This document shows positions 1 to 10,202 of a stretch of DNA of 64,000 nucleotides, piece after piece (positions within the stretch are counted from its first letter, which is position 1; every line of letters begins with the position of its first letter). Source of the stretch: an uncultured Candidatus Binatia bacterium. Its GTDB lineage: Bacteria; Desulfobacterota; Binatia; UBA9968; CAXXLF01. A model generated the notes under the pieces. That model searched no databases. It was not told where the DNA came from and saw only the letters and a program-made list of their open reading frames with translations. Position numbers and translations under genes: made by a program. The DNA lies in NCBI GenBank assembly GCA_965218425.1, contig OZ244621.1:2272001-2336000 (forward strand), in the 5' to 3' direction.

Positions 1-243
1 GCCCCAGATCGATCCCAGCTCCTGGCCTCCGGTCGATCGCCAGACGTCCTGGCCGGCCCGGATTTGATCGCCCGTGAAAAGCAGCCTTCCGTCGGTGGTT
101 TCGACCCGCTCGGGCACGGGCGGCGCTTCCTGGTAGATCTCGCCGCCGTAATACAACAGCACGCCGAACGAAGCGACGACGACCGCGGCCAGGACTATCC
201 AAAGATAACGCAGGCGCGGGTCCGCCGTGTTCTGATCTGTCAT
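1..243 (-). CDS. norB: Quinol-dependent nitric oxide reductase (qNOR) large subunit, 5' part; runs off the window edge
   Basis: Not in the ORF track. Manual translation from ATG 243 (GGAG RBS upstream) gives MTDQNTADPRLRYLWIVLAAVVVASFGVLLYYGGEIYQEAPPVPERVETTDGRLLFTGDQIRAGQDVWRSTGGQELGSIWG. The TM helix, APP.P and GQ.VW...GGQ..GSIWG are qNOR N-terminal signatures. Confidence 0.85.
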   Translation of the reverse strand, partial: MTDQNTADPRLRYLWIVLAAVVVASFGVLLYYGGEIYQEAPPVPERVETTDGRLLFTGDQIRAGQDVWRSTGGQELGSIWG

Positions 244-637
244 ACGAGCTCCTTGCAAGGGTCAGTCAAAAGTTTCGAAAGTGACGGCGATGCGGTCGGG
301 GGAGGCGCGGGGATCGCCTGTTTCCGGACGTATGGGGAGCCGATTGTCTCTTTCTCCGGCTTGAACCCGGCGGAAAGCTGCACTTTTCCTCCTCCCATTA
401 TTTGCGCGGCTGCTGAAATCGAGTCGCCGGCGTTCGCGTCGCGTCGTCCCGGCTTACCGCCGGGTTCATCCCCGTTTGCAGACGCATCCGATTGTATTTG
501 TTATCAGGACGAAATTCCAGCCATTCGAATTGCCGTTGCACGATTCAACCTCGGCGCGGGCGGGGCCGCTTTCCCGACCCCTCGTTCACGACGCCGCGGC
601 GGCGATCAACGAACAGAGGTTTGTGCAAAGGAGCGGT

Positions 638-760
638 TTAGCAAAATCCGGCGCCGCAGACCGCAATCTCGCTGTCGAGCGGCTCATCGACGCGATTGCA
701 GACCCCGGACCCGGCGTCGGGAAGAAACTCCACCCATGCGGGCGTATCGATCAGAGTCAC
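638..760 (-). pseudogene. vapC: Truncated VapC (PIN) toxin
   Basis: GTG start overlaps the vapB stop (GTGA). Reads (M)TLIDTPAWVEFLPDAGSGVCNRVDEPLDSEIAVCG, then stops after 40 aa; LIDT.AW.EFL is a PIN N-terminus. Confidence 0.7.
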
Positions 761-960
761 GTCGACCGGCCGGCCCGCATCTCGTCTAGGTCGCCGTCCC
801 GGCCGGACCCGCGAAGCCGTCGGGCTTCATCGATGCCGAGTGGCGCCGCCGCAAGGGCTCGAAGCGCAAAGTTGACCGCCTCGCGCTTTGTTTTCAGACG
901 GCAACGGCGCATGACCTCCGCGCACGCCTCATCGTCGATATCCACATTGGTGCGTGACAT
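757..960 (-). CDS. vapB: VapB-family antitoxin
   Basis: MSRTNVDIDDEACAEVMRRCRLKTKREAVNFALRAL; RTN.DIDD and TKREAVN.AL motifs; coupled to the vapC remnant. Start moved to ATG 960. Confidence 0.8.
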   Translation of the reverse strand: MSRTNVDIDDEACAEVMRRCRLKTKREAVNFALRALAAAPLGIDEARRLRGSGRDGDLDEMRAGRST

Positions 961-1036
961 ATGCCCGGCATACACCGTAGTAGGATGCCGGCCAAGGGTC
1001 TTGAGGGCGTATGAGAGGGCTCCGCCTGTAGCCGTT

Positions 1037-2161
1037 TTACGGGTTTTTCCTGCCGAGGAAAGCTCCGAGAAAGACGCCTCTGCTTCCGTCGTCTTCAAGA
1101 AATTCCCCCCCGGTTGTCCCTACGACCAGGCGGGGGTCGCCGACGCTGTCGGGGACGTTGGAGAACTTTCCGCCCCATGCCCCGCTCGATCGGGTAACCG
1201 TGCGCCCGGGACTCACCACCCTTACCTCGTTGCTTCGGAAGGTCCCGTCCGAAGCAAAGGGCGTCTCGCCAAGATGGATCTGAACGTTGGTAGAGTCGGT
1301 AATCCCGATCGTTCTCCCCGATGACCCATCGACGCGGTAGCCGCTAAGCGTGACCGCGCCCACACAGCCGACGCAGCCGTCTATGGTGCCGTCGCCGAAG
1401 TCGGCGGTTAGGGAGGCGGTCCCGAAGTATTCCCCGACCTCGGCGCTTCCCTGAGCAACGTCGGCCCAGTTGTATCCGTATTGGTAGGCATAGAAACCTT
1501 GGGCCGGTCCATTGTAGATCGCGCGTCCCTGGATAGGCAGGGTCGGCGGGTTGGATAATGAGAATTCGGGGCCGTGGACGAAAGCTCCCGCCTCGATATC
1601 TCCGGTGAAACTCAGGTCATCGCCGCGGGGAAGATAGAGCCAATAGCCGCCCGCCAGGTAGTCTGACGGGTCATCGTTGACCCAACTGACCACGGTATAT
1701 GCGACGGCGGCGGCATCTCTCGTGACGCTCAACAGCCCCCAGTCGCGTGTGGAGTATCCCGCTATGAGGGGGGTGCCGAGAGCGGTCGTGACGGCGTTTC
1801 CGGCCGTATCGAGCCTGATGGAGCTCCCATCCTCGCGCATGATGTTCACGGTCAGGTTGCGACCGTCGAATGTCGTGGTGGCGGTGTCGGAGGATACGCC
1901 GTTATTCCTGTTCGTCGACTGCGTGACGCTCCCGAACCGCGGAAGGGCGGTGGCCGCTTCGGCTGCGGCGTCCAGCGCCTCGGCCGGCTTGGCCGTCTGG
2001 ACATCGCTGAGCGGGAGATCGGGCAGAAGATCCGTTATGGCGTCAACGATCGGTCCGCGGGCGCTGCCGCTGCCGCCGAAACAGCCGGACAATACCAGCG
2101 AAAAAGACGCGGCTATGGCTAGTGTCGCCGGGGACGAGAGTTTGTTCATCTGGGAAAACAT
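1037..2161 (-). CDS. Lipoprotein with transferrin-binding-like C-terminal beta-barrel
   Basis: Lipobox LVLSGC; AIY.G.A.G, LTADFGDGTIDG and WGGKFSN...VGTTGG beta-barrel motifs. Start uncertain (ORF track start 2248). Confidence 0.6.
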   Translation of the reverse strand: MFSQMNKLSSPATLAIAASFSLVLSGCFGGSGSARGPIVDAITDLLPDLPLSDVQTAKPAEALDAAAEAATALPRFGSVTQSTNRNNGVSSDTATTTFDGRNLTVNIMREDGSSIRLDTAGNAVTTALGTPLIAGYSTRDWGLLSVTRDAAAVAYTVVSWVNDDPSDYLAGGYWLYLPRGDDLSFTGDIEAGAFVHGPEFSLSNPPTLPIQGRAIYNGPAQGFYAYQYGYNWADVAQGSAEVGEYFGTASLTADFGDGTIDGCVGCVGAVTLSGYRVDGSSGRTIGITDSTNVQIHLGETPFASDGTFRSNEVRVVSPGRTVTRSSGAWGGKFSNVPDSVGDPRLVVGTTGGEFLEDDGSRGVFLGAFLGRKNP

Positions 2162-2423
2162 GGATAGGGGCGCCTCTCCTTCGTCTCGTGTTCTGATGAA
2201 CCGGAGCGCGTAGATGCGTCGTGGTGGCCTCACAGGCATCCGTATCATGTATGATTATCGATTATAGCCTATTTATGCCCCTTTTAACACCCGTAACGGA
2301 CATGCCGAAATGCTCGTTGCTATGGAGCGGCGGCCCGGGGCGTTGACTGTATTGTCAGGAAGCCGAACGGGGGCCCATGATCGGATGTGAGCCCCCGTCG
2401 CCGGTTGGTCGTTTTGGAGGTGA

Positions 2424-2921
2424 TTACCTTTTCCGATGTCGGCCGCGCCCGCCTCGCCCTGAGAGCAAGCGCATGAACCAACGGTCGGCTTTTTTGATTT
2501 GCTCAGGACTAAGAACGTTGCGTGTGGTGAGCACCGTATCCGTGCGCAACCGCAGACGCCGCTGCCTGAGTTTTCCGATCTCGTCCAGTTTTGCGCTGAT
2601 TTTGTCTTGATCGACTTTCTCCTGGGTCACAAGCTCGCCCAGCTCGATGCGGGCCACTCTCAGATCGGCCCTGAGCTTTATGGACTTTTTCCGAGCATTC
2701 CTCAGTATTCCACGGACCTCTTTGGCCTGGTCGTCACTCAGTCCAAGCCGATCTTGCATTCGTCTCATGCCGCGGCCGCGCCGCCCTCTATCGGCGCTTC
2801 TGACATTGACCGGTCTCGTTTCGGATACTGCCGTCCCGCTATCGGGCGCCTGGCCGAGAGCGGTGTCCGCGAGCAGGCCCATTGCGAACAAAGGGATCAT
2901 CAGGATCGGGATCTTTTTCAT
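2424..2921 (-). CDS. Spy/CpxP-like periplasmic protein
   Basis: Signal peptide; LGLSDDQ and VLSPEQ (LTxxQ-like) motifs; helical, Arg-rich. Confidence 0.75.
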   Translation of the reverse strand: MKKIPILMIPLFAMGLLADTALGQAPDSGTAVSETRPVNVRSADRGRRGRGMRRMQDRLGLSDDQAKEVRGILRNARKKSIKLRADLRVARIELGELVTQEKVDQDKISAKLDEIGKLRQRRLRLRTDTVLTTRNVLSPEQIKKADRWFMRLLSGRGGRGRHRKR

Positions 2922-3310
2922 GCTGTCCTCCTTTAAGAAACGGTTTTCGGTGATTAGACGGCACCGGGTTCCGGGGTACGAGGGTAGCCGTTTTATGTTT
3001 TTTTCGGAGTCCGCCCCGGCCTCCTGTAGTTCAATGGCATCTCAGATCATCCCGGATAGTCCCGGATAGTCCCACATGAACAAGCCGCTCGGGCTCCAGA
3101 CGGGGGTTCTCAGGTGGGCCTGAGAAATAGGCCGTCAGGGGTTGCAAACCGTGAGAATGAATTGATATAGACGGAGTAGCCCATATTATCGCTACGGCGC
3201 GTTTTGCCGGGCATGGCTCAAGGTAGAGCAGGGCGCGGCGTAGCATGGCGAGGCTGGGTGTAGGGTTGGACGCTTTCAAAGATTTCAACGCTAGTTTCAG
3301 GCGCATGCGG

Positions 3311-3577
3311 ATGGGGTCGGAGGCGCTCATTATCGACACCCACGCCGACATCCAGGAATTGGTGAAATCCGGCATGGAGCAAGCCACGGCTGAAACCTTG
3401 GTGCGCCAACGTGTGCGGCTGTTGGAGAGCAACATCGTCACCAAGGACAACATAGACTTGCTACGGCAGGAAACCGCGAGACTGACAGCCGCTGCCGCGA
3501 CCAAAATTATCAAGTGTGTTGTCGTCACCGGTTTAGCGGCAGTCGGCCTGGTCATCGCCGCGATAAAATACCTCTAA
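3311..3577 (+). CDS. CCDC90/DUF1640-like small coiled-coil membrane protein
   Basis: IDTHA..QEL.KSG....AE and VTKD.I motifs, C-terminal TM helix. Start could be 3245, 3305 or 3311. Confidence 0.55.
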   Translation: MGSEALIIDTHADIQELVKSGMEQATAETLVRQRVRLLESNIVTKDNIDLLRQETARLTAAAATKIIKCVVVTGLAAVGLVIAAIKYL

Positions 3578-3769
3578 CCCCCGTCGTGAAGGTCAGGGTC
3601 AGAGCCTATTAACTAAAGGGGCCTTGCGGCGGCGAGGAGCAAAGCAGCTACCATCCCCATTTACACATTAACGCAGATCGAGAGGCTCGACCGCCCAACC
3701 TCATGTACAAGAAAGGGCGGCGGTTTTCATCGTCGCCCCAAAAAATGACCGAATCACGATACGAGCCGG

Positions 3770-4134
3770 TTACTGGCTTCCCGGCGTCGTTTGTGCGGCG
3801 CCAAAGGCTCCGACTATGCTGTCCTTATCGAATGTGCCGCCGACTTCCTCATGTGCCGTACCATAAGAATCGGCCTTGGATTGTTCCATCGGGTGCTTTG
3901 AAATCACCATTCGCGACGTCGACGTCCCTCCATGTCATGTCGTCACGGCTGGTACCGCGATTGAGGTCGTAGATTTTGGTGAAGTCAATATCCATGTTGG
4001 CTTGATCTAAATCAAAGGTAAGGGAAACCTCGCCTTGGAGCGTGTTTACCTTGTATTCCGTATCGCTTATGTCTCTGCCAACCATGACGCCTACCCACGC
4101 GGCATCGCCGGAGGGATTGGAACCCGATGCCTTA
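3770..4134 (-). pseudogene. Orphan C-terminal beta-barrel fragment of a transferrin-binding-like lipoprotein (frameshifted)
   Basis: ASGSNPSGDAAWVGVMVG...IQGRF, then a frameshift near 3865 to YGTAHEEVGGTFDKDSIVGAFGA; no N-terminus. Confidence 0.6.
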
Positions 4135-4307
4135 CTAACGGAGATGGTACGGACTCCGTTTGAACTTTACCAATAAAGAAAACAGAGAAGAAAAGAACCC
4201 GGAAGCCAAAATACGACAAGGCGGTCCGCATAGATGGATCGCCTGAAGAGGCCTAACTCGTCGCGGGAGCCGGCCCCGGTTCGGCCCCGGCGCGGCCCAG
4301 CCTCGCT

Positions 4308-6848
4308 TCACAACGATACTTTGGCGATCAGGAATATCGTGCGTCCCCGGACGGAATCCAGAGTCTCTTCCGCGGTCAGCGCTCCAGGGTCCGTGGGGTC
4401 GGTGGACGGACCGCGATCGCCGACGTTGAGGACGCCGCCGACGAGGTCCATTCCGCTCAGGCCGAACGCACCGCTCCAGCGCAGCGTGACGTCGTGCCCC
4501 ATCCACGCCTTGTAGCGGGCGGTTCTCTGGCGGTTCCAGTGGCCCGAAACTCCATAAACGCTCCAGTTGGCGGTAATGACGCCCCTGGTGGCGCGAAGCG
4601 ACGCATGGATGCGGTTGCGCGGGTAGTCGCTCGGTTCCAACTCACCGGCCACGCGCTCCTCGTACCGGGTCAGGTGCGACCAGCGGGCATCAAAGGTCAT
4701 GTCCACCCAATCGGCTTTCCAGCCGGCCCGCCCCCGCAAATCGATACCCGAGACATTGGTTTCCCCGCTGTTGACCAGCGGGCTCTCGATCCGTGTGATG
4801 AGACCTCCGTCGCGCACGACTGCCGCGCCGGACGGCAAGCGCCCCTCCGCGTCCAGGTCGATGACGGACTGCGCGGATAATGTAGCCGGTTGGTCGGAAA
4901 TCCCGATCCGAAACCAGTCCACGCTCAGGGAAAAGGGACCCAGGCCGGCCACCGCGCCGAGGCTGAAGCTCTGGGCTTCATCCGGCTTCAGGTTCGGATT
5001 GCCTTCCCTCACGCGCTCCACCTGAGTTTCGTCGCAATCTTTCAGGTCGCCGGCATGAGTTTTCGTGTCGCAGACGTTCGGATAGTCGATTGCCTCGCGC
5101 AGGTGCAGATCACGCAGGCTTGGCGCCTTCGAGCCCTCGCTCCAGGACCCGCGGAACGTGAGGAACTTGTTCAACCGGTACCGGCTCGCTACCGAGTGGG
5201 AAACCGTCGCGCCGACATCGTCATGGTCATCGCGCCGCACGGCGAGCACGACATCCCAGTCGCTGTGCAACGGCAGGGAAACCTCGGCGAACCCTGACCA
5301 GCGCCGGCGCTTGCCCGCCGCCGAAATGCCGCCGGATCCGAGCACGTCGCCCGCTTGATGGGAACCGCCGAGAACGTCCTTATAATCGTAGACGTTCCGC
5401 CAATCCTCGTAAGCGACCTCGGTGCCCGCCGCCCACCGCACATCGCCGCCGCTTAGCGCGAACGCCGTTCCGTCCAAGGATACCCGAGCCGCCTTGTGGT
5501 CCGTGACCCGATCGCGGTCCAGCAGGAGCCCGGTCTCGCGAATGGCCCCCAGGTGCCCTTTGAGATCGTACCGCCTCTCGTCGATGGCCCTTTGGACCGC
5601 GCTTTCGCTTACGAAGGTACCGCCATCCTCGGCGGTATCGTGACGATAGTACCGGAAGTGCGCGTCATAGCCGATGCCGACCGCGAATCGTCCCCGGACG
5701 CCGAGCGTGAGTTCGTATTCCTCAAGGTCCGTGCGCCAGTCGCGATTGCCGTGGCCGATGAACCGATGGGCCACTCTGATTCTGTCCGGAATATCGCTGA
5801 TTCCGAGATCCCGTTGAAGTTCGCTGCGGAGCTCCGCCGGGGGCGTGAAGGAGAAGGTGCCGACCGACGGGGCGTAGCGGAACTTGGTGTCGCCCCGTGC
5901 GGCCCGGGCGTCGACGTACACGCCCGCGGCCTCGCCAAGCGGGTGATCGAGGTTGAGAAACAGGCTCTCCTTCTTGACACGCTCCGTATTCCAAGCGATC
6001 TCGGGCCAGGCGAAGCCGCAGCCCGTGCCGGGAACACCGATGGGCTTGGTGAGCACACCGGTGTACGCGCTTCCCCGGCAGTCGCCGAGGGCACGCGCGA
6101 CCGAGCCGTCATCGGTGCTGATGAATAGGGTGTTGCCGCCCACCGAAACGTTGGACGCGTCAGCGAACGGGCCGCCCGGCGTCCACGAAGCGCGGCTGTA
6201 GTCCCGGTCCGCACTGCGGATTTCCTGCCTGCGGAAGACGTCCGCGCCGATCACCATGTGACCTCTTCCGAGCGCGCCGCCCCACAGACCGCTCAGGTGC
6301 TTGGTATCGCCGCCCGCGCCGGTGGGCCGGTCGAGGCTTCCCTGGACCTCGACGCCCTCATAATCGCGCCTGAGAACGACGTTGACCGCGCCGGCAATGG
6401 CGTGTCCACCGTGCAAGGCGGCCGCGCTGTCGCTCAGGATCTCGATGCGCTCGACGGCCGATAGCGACAGGAGGTCGAGGTCGAATGTCGAATCCGAAAC
6501 GCGGCGCCCATTGACGAGAACCGCGACCCGGCCGCTCCCGAGGACGAACGGCCGGTGGGCGCCGAAGCTGTTGTAGTGCAAACGCCCCAGCAACAGGTCC
6601 GAGACGTTCTTCATGCCGGACAACTCGATATCCGTCCGGTCGATCACGGCGAGGGGGCGCGCCGCGTCCGCGGCGGCGGCGGGAATGTGGCTGGACACCC
6701 CGAGGCCTCCGCCCGCCGCCTCGACTTGCGGCGAGGCCGCGCATGTCACCGCCACGATCGCTAAGGCGGCGACCGGCCGAAGTATCGCACGGGCTCGGCG
6801 TTCGCGGACCGGCAAGCGCGGAAGCCGAATACGTAGTGCTCCGTTCAT
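4308..6848 (-). CDS. TonB-dependent receptor
   Basis: Plug motifs (VIDRTDI, VLVNGRR, AVERIEILSD.AAALHG..AIAGAVNVV), GNPNLKPDE, C-terminal GRTIFL beta strand; 846 aa. Confidence 0.9.
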   Translation of the reverse strand: MNGALRIRLPRLPVRERRARAILRPVAALAIVAVTCAASPQVEAAGGGLGVSSHIPAAAADAARPLAVIDRTDIELSGMKNVSDLLLGRLHYNSFGAHRPFVLGSGRVAVLVNGRRVSDSTFDLDLLSLSAVERIEILSDSAAALHGGHAIAGAVNVVLRRDYEGVEVQGSLDRPTGAGGDTKHLSGLWGGALGRGHMVIGADVFRRQEIRSADRDYSRASWTPGGPFADASNVSVGGNTLFISTDDGSVARALGDCRGSAYTGVLTKPIGVPGTGCGFAWPEIAWNTERVKKESLFLNLDHPLGEAAGVYVDARAARGDTKFRYAPSVGTFSFTPPAELRSELQRDLGISDIPDRIRVAHRFIGHGNRDWRTDLEEYELTLGVRGRFAVGIGYDAHFRYYRHDTAEDGGTFVSESAVQRAIDERRYDLKGHLGAIRETGLLLDRDRVTDHKAARVSLDGTAFALSGGDVRWAAGTEVAYEDWRNVYDYKDVLGGSHQAGDVLGSGGISAAGKRRRWSGFAEVSLPLHSDWDVVLAVRRDDHDDVGATVSHSVASRYRLNKFLTFRGSWSEGSKAPSLRDLHLREAIDYPNVCDTKTHAGDLKDCDETQVERVREGNPNLKPDEAQSFSLGAVAGLGPFSLSVDWFRIGISDQPATLSAQSVIDLDAEGRLPSGAAVVRDGGLITRIESPLVNSGETNVSGIDLRGRAGWKADWVDMTFDARWSHLTRYEERVAGELEPSDYPRNRIHASLRATRGVITANWSVYGVSGHWNRQRTARYKAWMGHDVTLRWSGAFGLSGMDLVGGVLNVGDRGPSTDPTDPGALTAEETLDSVRGRTIFLIAKVSL

Positions 6849-7123
6849 TCTAGATCCTTTCGGTGGCGCGACGGTCCGGATGAGGGAACCGGTATCATTC
6901 GTTTTGCTGATCGGTTCTCGCCGAAAAAGTCATTTTTTCTCAGGTCTCTCCAGCGATTTACGGTACCAAAATGCCGTGCGTAAACTAATAACTCGACAAT
7001 AAGGTATCAAGATATTGATTCTTGTAGCAGAATCCCCCATCCAATTGAAGATCATGATCGTTCTTTAAAAGAGAACCGCGAGAGTTTGTTCCTTATGGGG
7101 GCGTGGAAAGGGACAGGGATTTC

Positions 7124-7153
7124 TTGACATATCATTATTTGTCATGACATGCT
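7124..7153 (+). promoter_or_regulatory. Sigma70-like promoter and palindromic operator of the TA operon
   Basis: TTGACA at 7124-7129 and a perfect palindrome TGTCATGACA at 7140-7149, just upstream of the antitoxin gene. Confidence 0.5.
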
Positions 7154-7182
7154 GAGGTTAGAGGAGAGAGGAGAAGTGTGCC

Positions 7183-7410
7183 ATGCCCCGGACTCGTGAG
7201 AAATTTGCTACCCAGGTCAACGCCGAGATTCTGGCCACGGTCCGCGCGATCGCGGAGAAAGAGGGCCGCCAGCTTCAAGCGCTCGTGGACGAGGCGCTGG
7301 CCGACCTGATCGAGAAGCGAAGACAGGCCCGACCCCGTCCGCACGTCATGGCCGCCTATCTCGGCAGCCATGACAAGTACGACGATCTCTACAAGAAGCT
7401 CGCGAAGTGA
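7183..7410 (+). CDS. Putative RHH-type antitoxin of Doc
   Basis: 75 aa; KFATQV...IL..VR.IA..EGR.LQ.LVDEAL; GTGA overlap with doc. Confidence 0.7.
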   Translation: MPRTREKFATQVNAEILATVRAIAEKEGRQLQALVDEALADLIEKRRQARPRPHVMAAYLGSHDKYDDLYKKLAK

Positions 7411-7784
7411 CGGACTACCTCACGCCGGTGGAAGTTCTCGCCATTCACGCGGATCAGATCGAGCGGTACGGGGGGTCGCCCGGCGTCCGGGACCCTGGTC
7501 TTTTGGAGGCGGCGCTCTATCGGCCGCAAACCGGCTACTACGCCGATCTCGTTGAGGAAGCCGCTGCGCTGTGGGAGAGTCTGGCCCAAAACCATCCGTT
7601 CATCGACGGTAACAAGCGCACGGCCTTTGCCGCGACGTACACGTTTCTGGCGATCAACGGCGCACAACTCACGGTCGACGCCGGTGAGGCCTACGCCTTC
7701 ATTTCCGGACTGTACGAAGCAGGAACGTTCCGCTTTGACAATTTGGAACCGTGGCTGCGGCGCAGCGTCAAGGTTGGCGCGTAA
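7407..7784 (+). CDS. doc: Fic/Doc death-on-curing family toxin
   Basis: HPFIDGNKRTA Fic/Doc motif and GVRDPGLLEAALYRP. Confidence 0.9.
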   Translation: MTDYLTPVEVLAIHADQIERYGGSPGVRDPGLLEAALYRPQTGYYADLVEEAAALWESLAQNHPFIDGNKRTAFAATYTFLAINGAQLTVDAGEAYAFISGLYEAGTFRFDNLEPWLRRSVKVGA

Positions 7785-8109
7785 ACAAAACAAGACGGGC
7801 CGCACGTCTATACTTGACGCGTCGTCAAGCATTTCTATGTTTTATCAATATCTTCCATCTCTTCAAAGGAACTCGTTTTGCAGGAAAACAAGCTAATATG
7901 CTGAAAATGCCTTTGAATGCCTTTTTCTTAGCTATACTAATCTACTTGTTCTTCTAATTGTTCTTACTGATTCAATGATCCGGGTAAATCTGCGGTTAAG
8001 GCTCTTTACGCCTTTAGTGTCTCGGCGCGAAAAACTTTGTGGACCGGTGTTGTTGAGGATTCCATGGGTTAAGATCCAACAGGTCAGGGGAGCAGTGAAT
8101 TTTTCCGGT

Positions 8110-9153
8110 TTATTTCTTGGCAGTGAAGATCAGGGTCTTCGGGTAATGGTCCACCCAACCGAACCAGAAGGAGGGGGTGACAGGTACGGCCTCCAACCTT
8201 TGACCTTTCATTTGACCCTGAACGGCCTTTCCCGTTAGCCCATTCCACACGGAGCCGGTTGTGTCGTCGGTAAGAAAGGTGCCTTTGTAGTTTTCCGGCT
8301 GCGTCTTCTTGAATGTAAGAACCCGGTCTTTCACCTGGCGTTTAAACACCATCCCCGTCGCGCTGTCCTTTTCGAAGACCGCAAGAATTGGGATCCCTTG
8401 GAATACGTCATTGACCACCGGCTGCTTGCTCAGGACGGAATAGGGGTAAGCCTTCGCTTTTCCATCGATCACTAATCCAAGTACGTATTCTTTGGGATAG
8501 ACCCTCTTATCAGACAAGCGAGTGGGAATAATCCCCGTGTCTGCGGAACTATAGTATGATTCGTAAGGGTCCCGTCCCAAGCTGAGGGGAAAAGGCCGTC
8601 CACTGGTTAAAACCTTGGAGTCCGGGTAGAGTCCCATCCAGGTCCCCCAACGAGTAAACGTGGATTCCATGGGTTTGAGCTTGTTCCCGTCCATTGGGCC
8701 TTTGACCGCCGCTCCCACCAGGTGGCTCCAGAGGCTGTCCGTTTGGTGGTCGTACATTATCAGAGAATTGGCATGGAGTTTCCCTGAGACCCCAAAGGTC
8801 AACTCCTTGTCTGCGATTCTACGGTCATACACGATGGCCGTATAACAGAGGGGTCACCAGGTGACCGCGATGGGTATGCCGCCAACTTTGTCGTTGACGA
8901 TTTCAACCCGGCTCAGTGTGGCTACGGGGTAGGCGCGACTGTCCCCATTGATTTCCACACCGATGACGGATTCGTCCGCCTTGAGCCATTGGGCACTTTT
9001 GCCGTCCTGGAACTCGGGGGAGAGGATGGCCGCAATGGCATCCTTGGCCAGGACGGTAATAATCTCATTCGGACGAAGGTCTGCCGCATGAGAATGATTT
9101 GGCAGGAATAGTAAGACCAACAGGATCAGCCATAGGGGAAGACAGTATTTCAA
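8110..9153 (-). CDS. Secreted DUF3179 selenoprotein (Sec100, UxxC)
   Basis: Two in-frame ORFs are joined by TGA 8854-8856: PIAVTW-U-PLCYTAIVYDR, where the family motif is VTxCPLC. TTG start 9153 with AAGAGG RBS, signal peptide, FGVSGKL and MYDHQTDSLWSH motifs, downstream hairpin. Confidence 0.85.
8824..8846 (-). promoter_or_regulatory. Putative SECIS hairpin (DUF3179)
   Basis: GUUAUACG-GCCAU-CGUGUAUGAC starts 7 nt after the UGA; the loop begins with G. Confidence 0.55.
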
Positions 9154-9166
9154 TGGGCCCTCTTGT

Positions 9167-9985
9167 TTAGCTCTGGATAGGTTTGGAAGCGGACCGGGCG
9201 AGGTGCAGGAGCTCCTGGATGGGTCTCTTGGAAACCAGAAGGCAGATTCGTTCTCCCATGCGGTGCATGACCCCATTTATCCCATCGTTGGAGAAAGTAT
9301 AAAAACTGACCTTTCTCTCCGGATCAAAGAGCCTGCGGGCTTGTGGTGGAGCGTCTTGTTCCGTGCCGAGAAAGGTAAAACAACTGACAGAAGGACCGGT
9401 GCCCTCGTACACGGCAATGAGGATATCGCGATTGCCGACTTCTTTGACCGTGCCGCCGACGGCCTTTAATCCCGCGGAGGATAGATCATAACCCATTGGC
9501 GCGAATTTGCCCTCCATGGCCTGGTGCAATTGGTTTTTAATTGCTGATGGGCTTTCGGCTCGGACAAAGGAAAGGTCGCCTGAAGCAATCTGTGCATGCG
9601 CCTCTATGGCTGCCAGAGGCATAGGCTGACCGGTCGGCCAGGTCAGGTAAAATAAAGGGACGAGCAGTAAAATCAGTGCGGCCGATGCAAAGGCGGGGCG
9701 GGTGATGAAATTGGGTGTCCGGGAGAACCCTTTACAACCTTGGGTTGGTTCGGTGGCCTGAGGTGAGATATGGTGATCCGCGAGGATCTTTGCTCTGAGA
9801 TCGGAGGGGGCGGACACTTTGGCGCCGATGGAAAAGAGCTGTTTTTTGAGCTCCTTTTCCTGCTCAAATACGGTTTGACAGTTCACGCAATTTTTTAGAT
9901 GGCTCTCTATGGCCTGTCGCTCGAGGTCATTTAGTTCGCTATCCGCTAGAGCGGTTATAAGCTCCTCGGCCTCTTTACAAGTCAT
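9167..9985 (-). CDS. Membrane-anchored zinc-binding anti-sigma factor (zf-HC2)
   Basis: MTCKEAEELI...HLKNCVNC (HxxxCxxC), a single TM helix and an extracytoplasmic domain. Confidence 0.85.
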   Translation of the reverse strand: MTCKEAEELITALADSELNDLERQAIESHLKNCVNCQTVFEQEKELKKQLFSIGAKVSAPSDLRAKILADHHISPQATEPTQGCKGFSRTPNFITRPAFASAALILLLVPLFYLTWPTGQPMPLAAIEAHAQIASGDLSFVRAESPSAIKNQLHQAMEGKFAPMGYDLSSAGLKAVGGTVKEVGNRDILIAVYEGTGPSVSCFTFLGTEQDAPPQARRLFDPERKVSFYTFSNDGINGVMHRMGERICLLVSKRPIQELLHLARSASKPIQS

Positions 9986-10030
9986 TTCCGTTACTTTCCT
10001 TCCTCCATGCACAATAGCTATAACCTATAC

Positions 10031-10056
10031 AACGTCGTTCCTACCCCAGGAGTTCC
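10031..10056 (-). promoter_or_regulatory. ECF (SigH/SigR-type) promoter for anti-sigma and DUF3179
   Basis: GGAAC-N17-CGTT on the minus strand, about 45 nt upstream of the anti-sigma ATG. Confidence 0.55.
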
Positions 10057-10202
10057 CGAAATATTACCCCTTTACGGCGGCAAATCGATATCATAGCTCT
10101 TGGATGATCCGGGTGATTGTGGTAAGGGGTCTCTTCGTTCCGTGTCTTGTCCTAGAAAATATTCTGCACGGAGTCTTGCACGATGACAAGGGGAGAAAGT
10201 TT

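Noticed and set aside
480..502. Possible NsrR-like box upstream of qNOR
   Set aside because: Only one half-site resembles the consensus and the spacing is off.
64..1324. Plus-strand ORFs of 241 and 282 aa
   Set aside because: They overlap qNOR, vapBC and the lipoprotein on the opposite strand and have no motifs.
2950..2985. ECF promoter upstream of the Spy/CpxP-like gene
   Set aside because: A CGTCTAA -10-like element is present, but no -35 at a convincing spacing.
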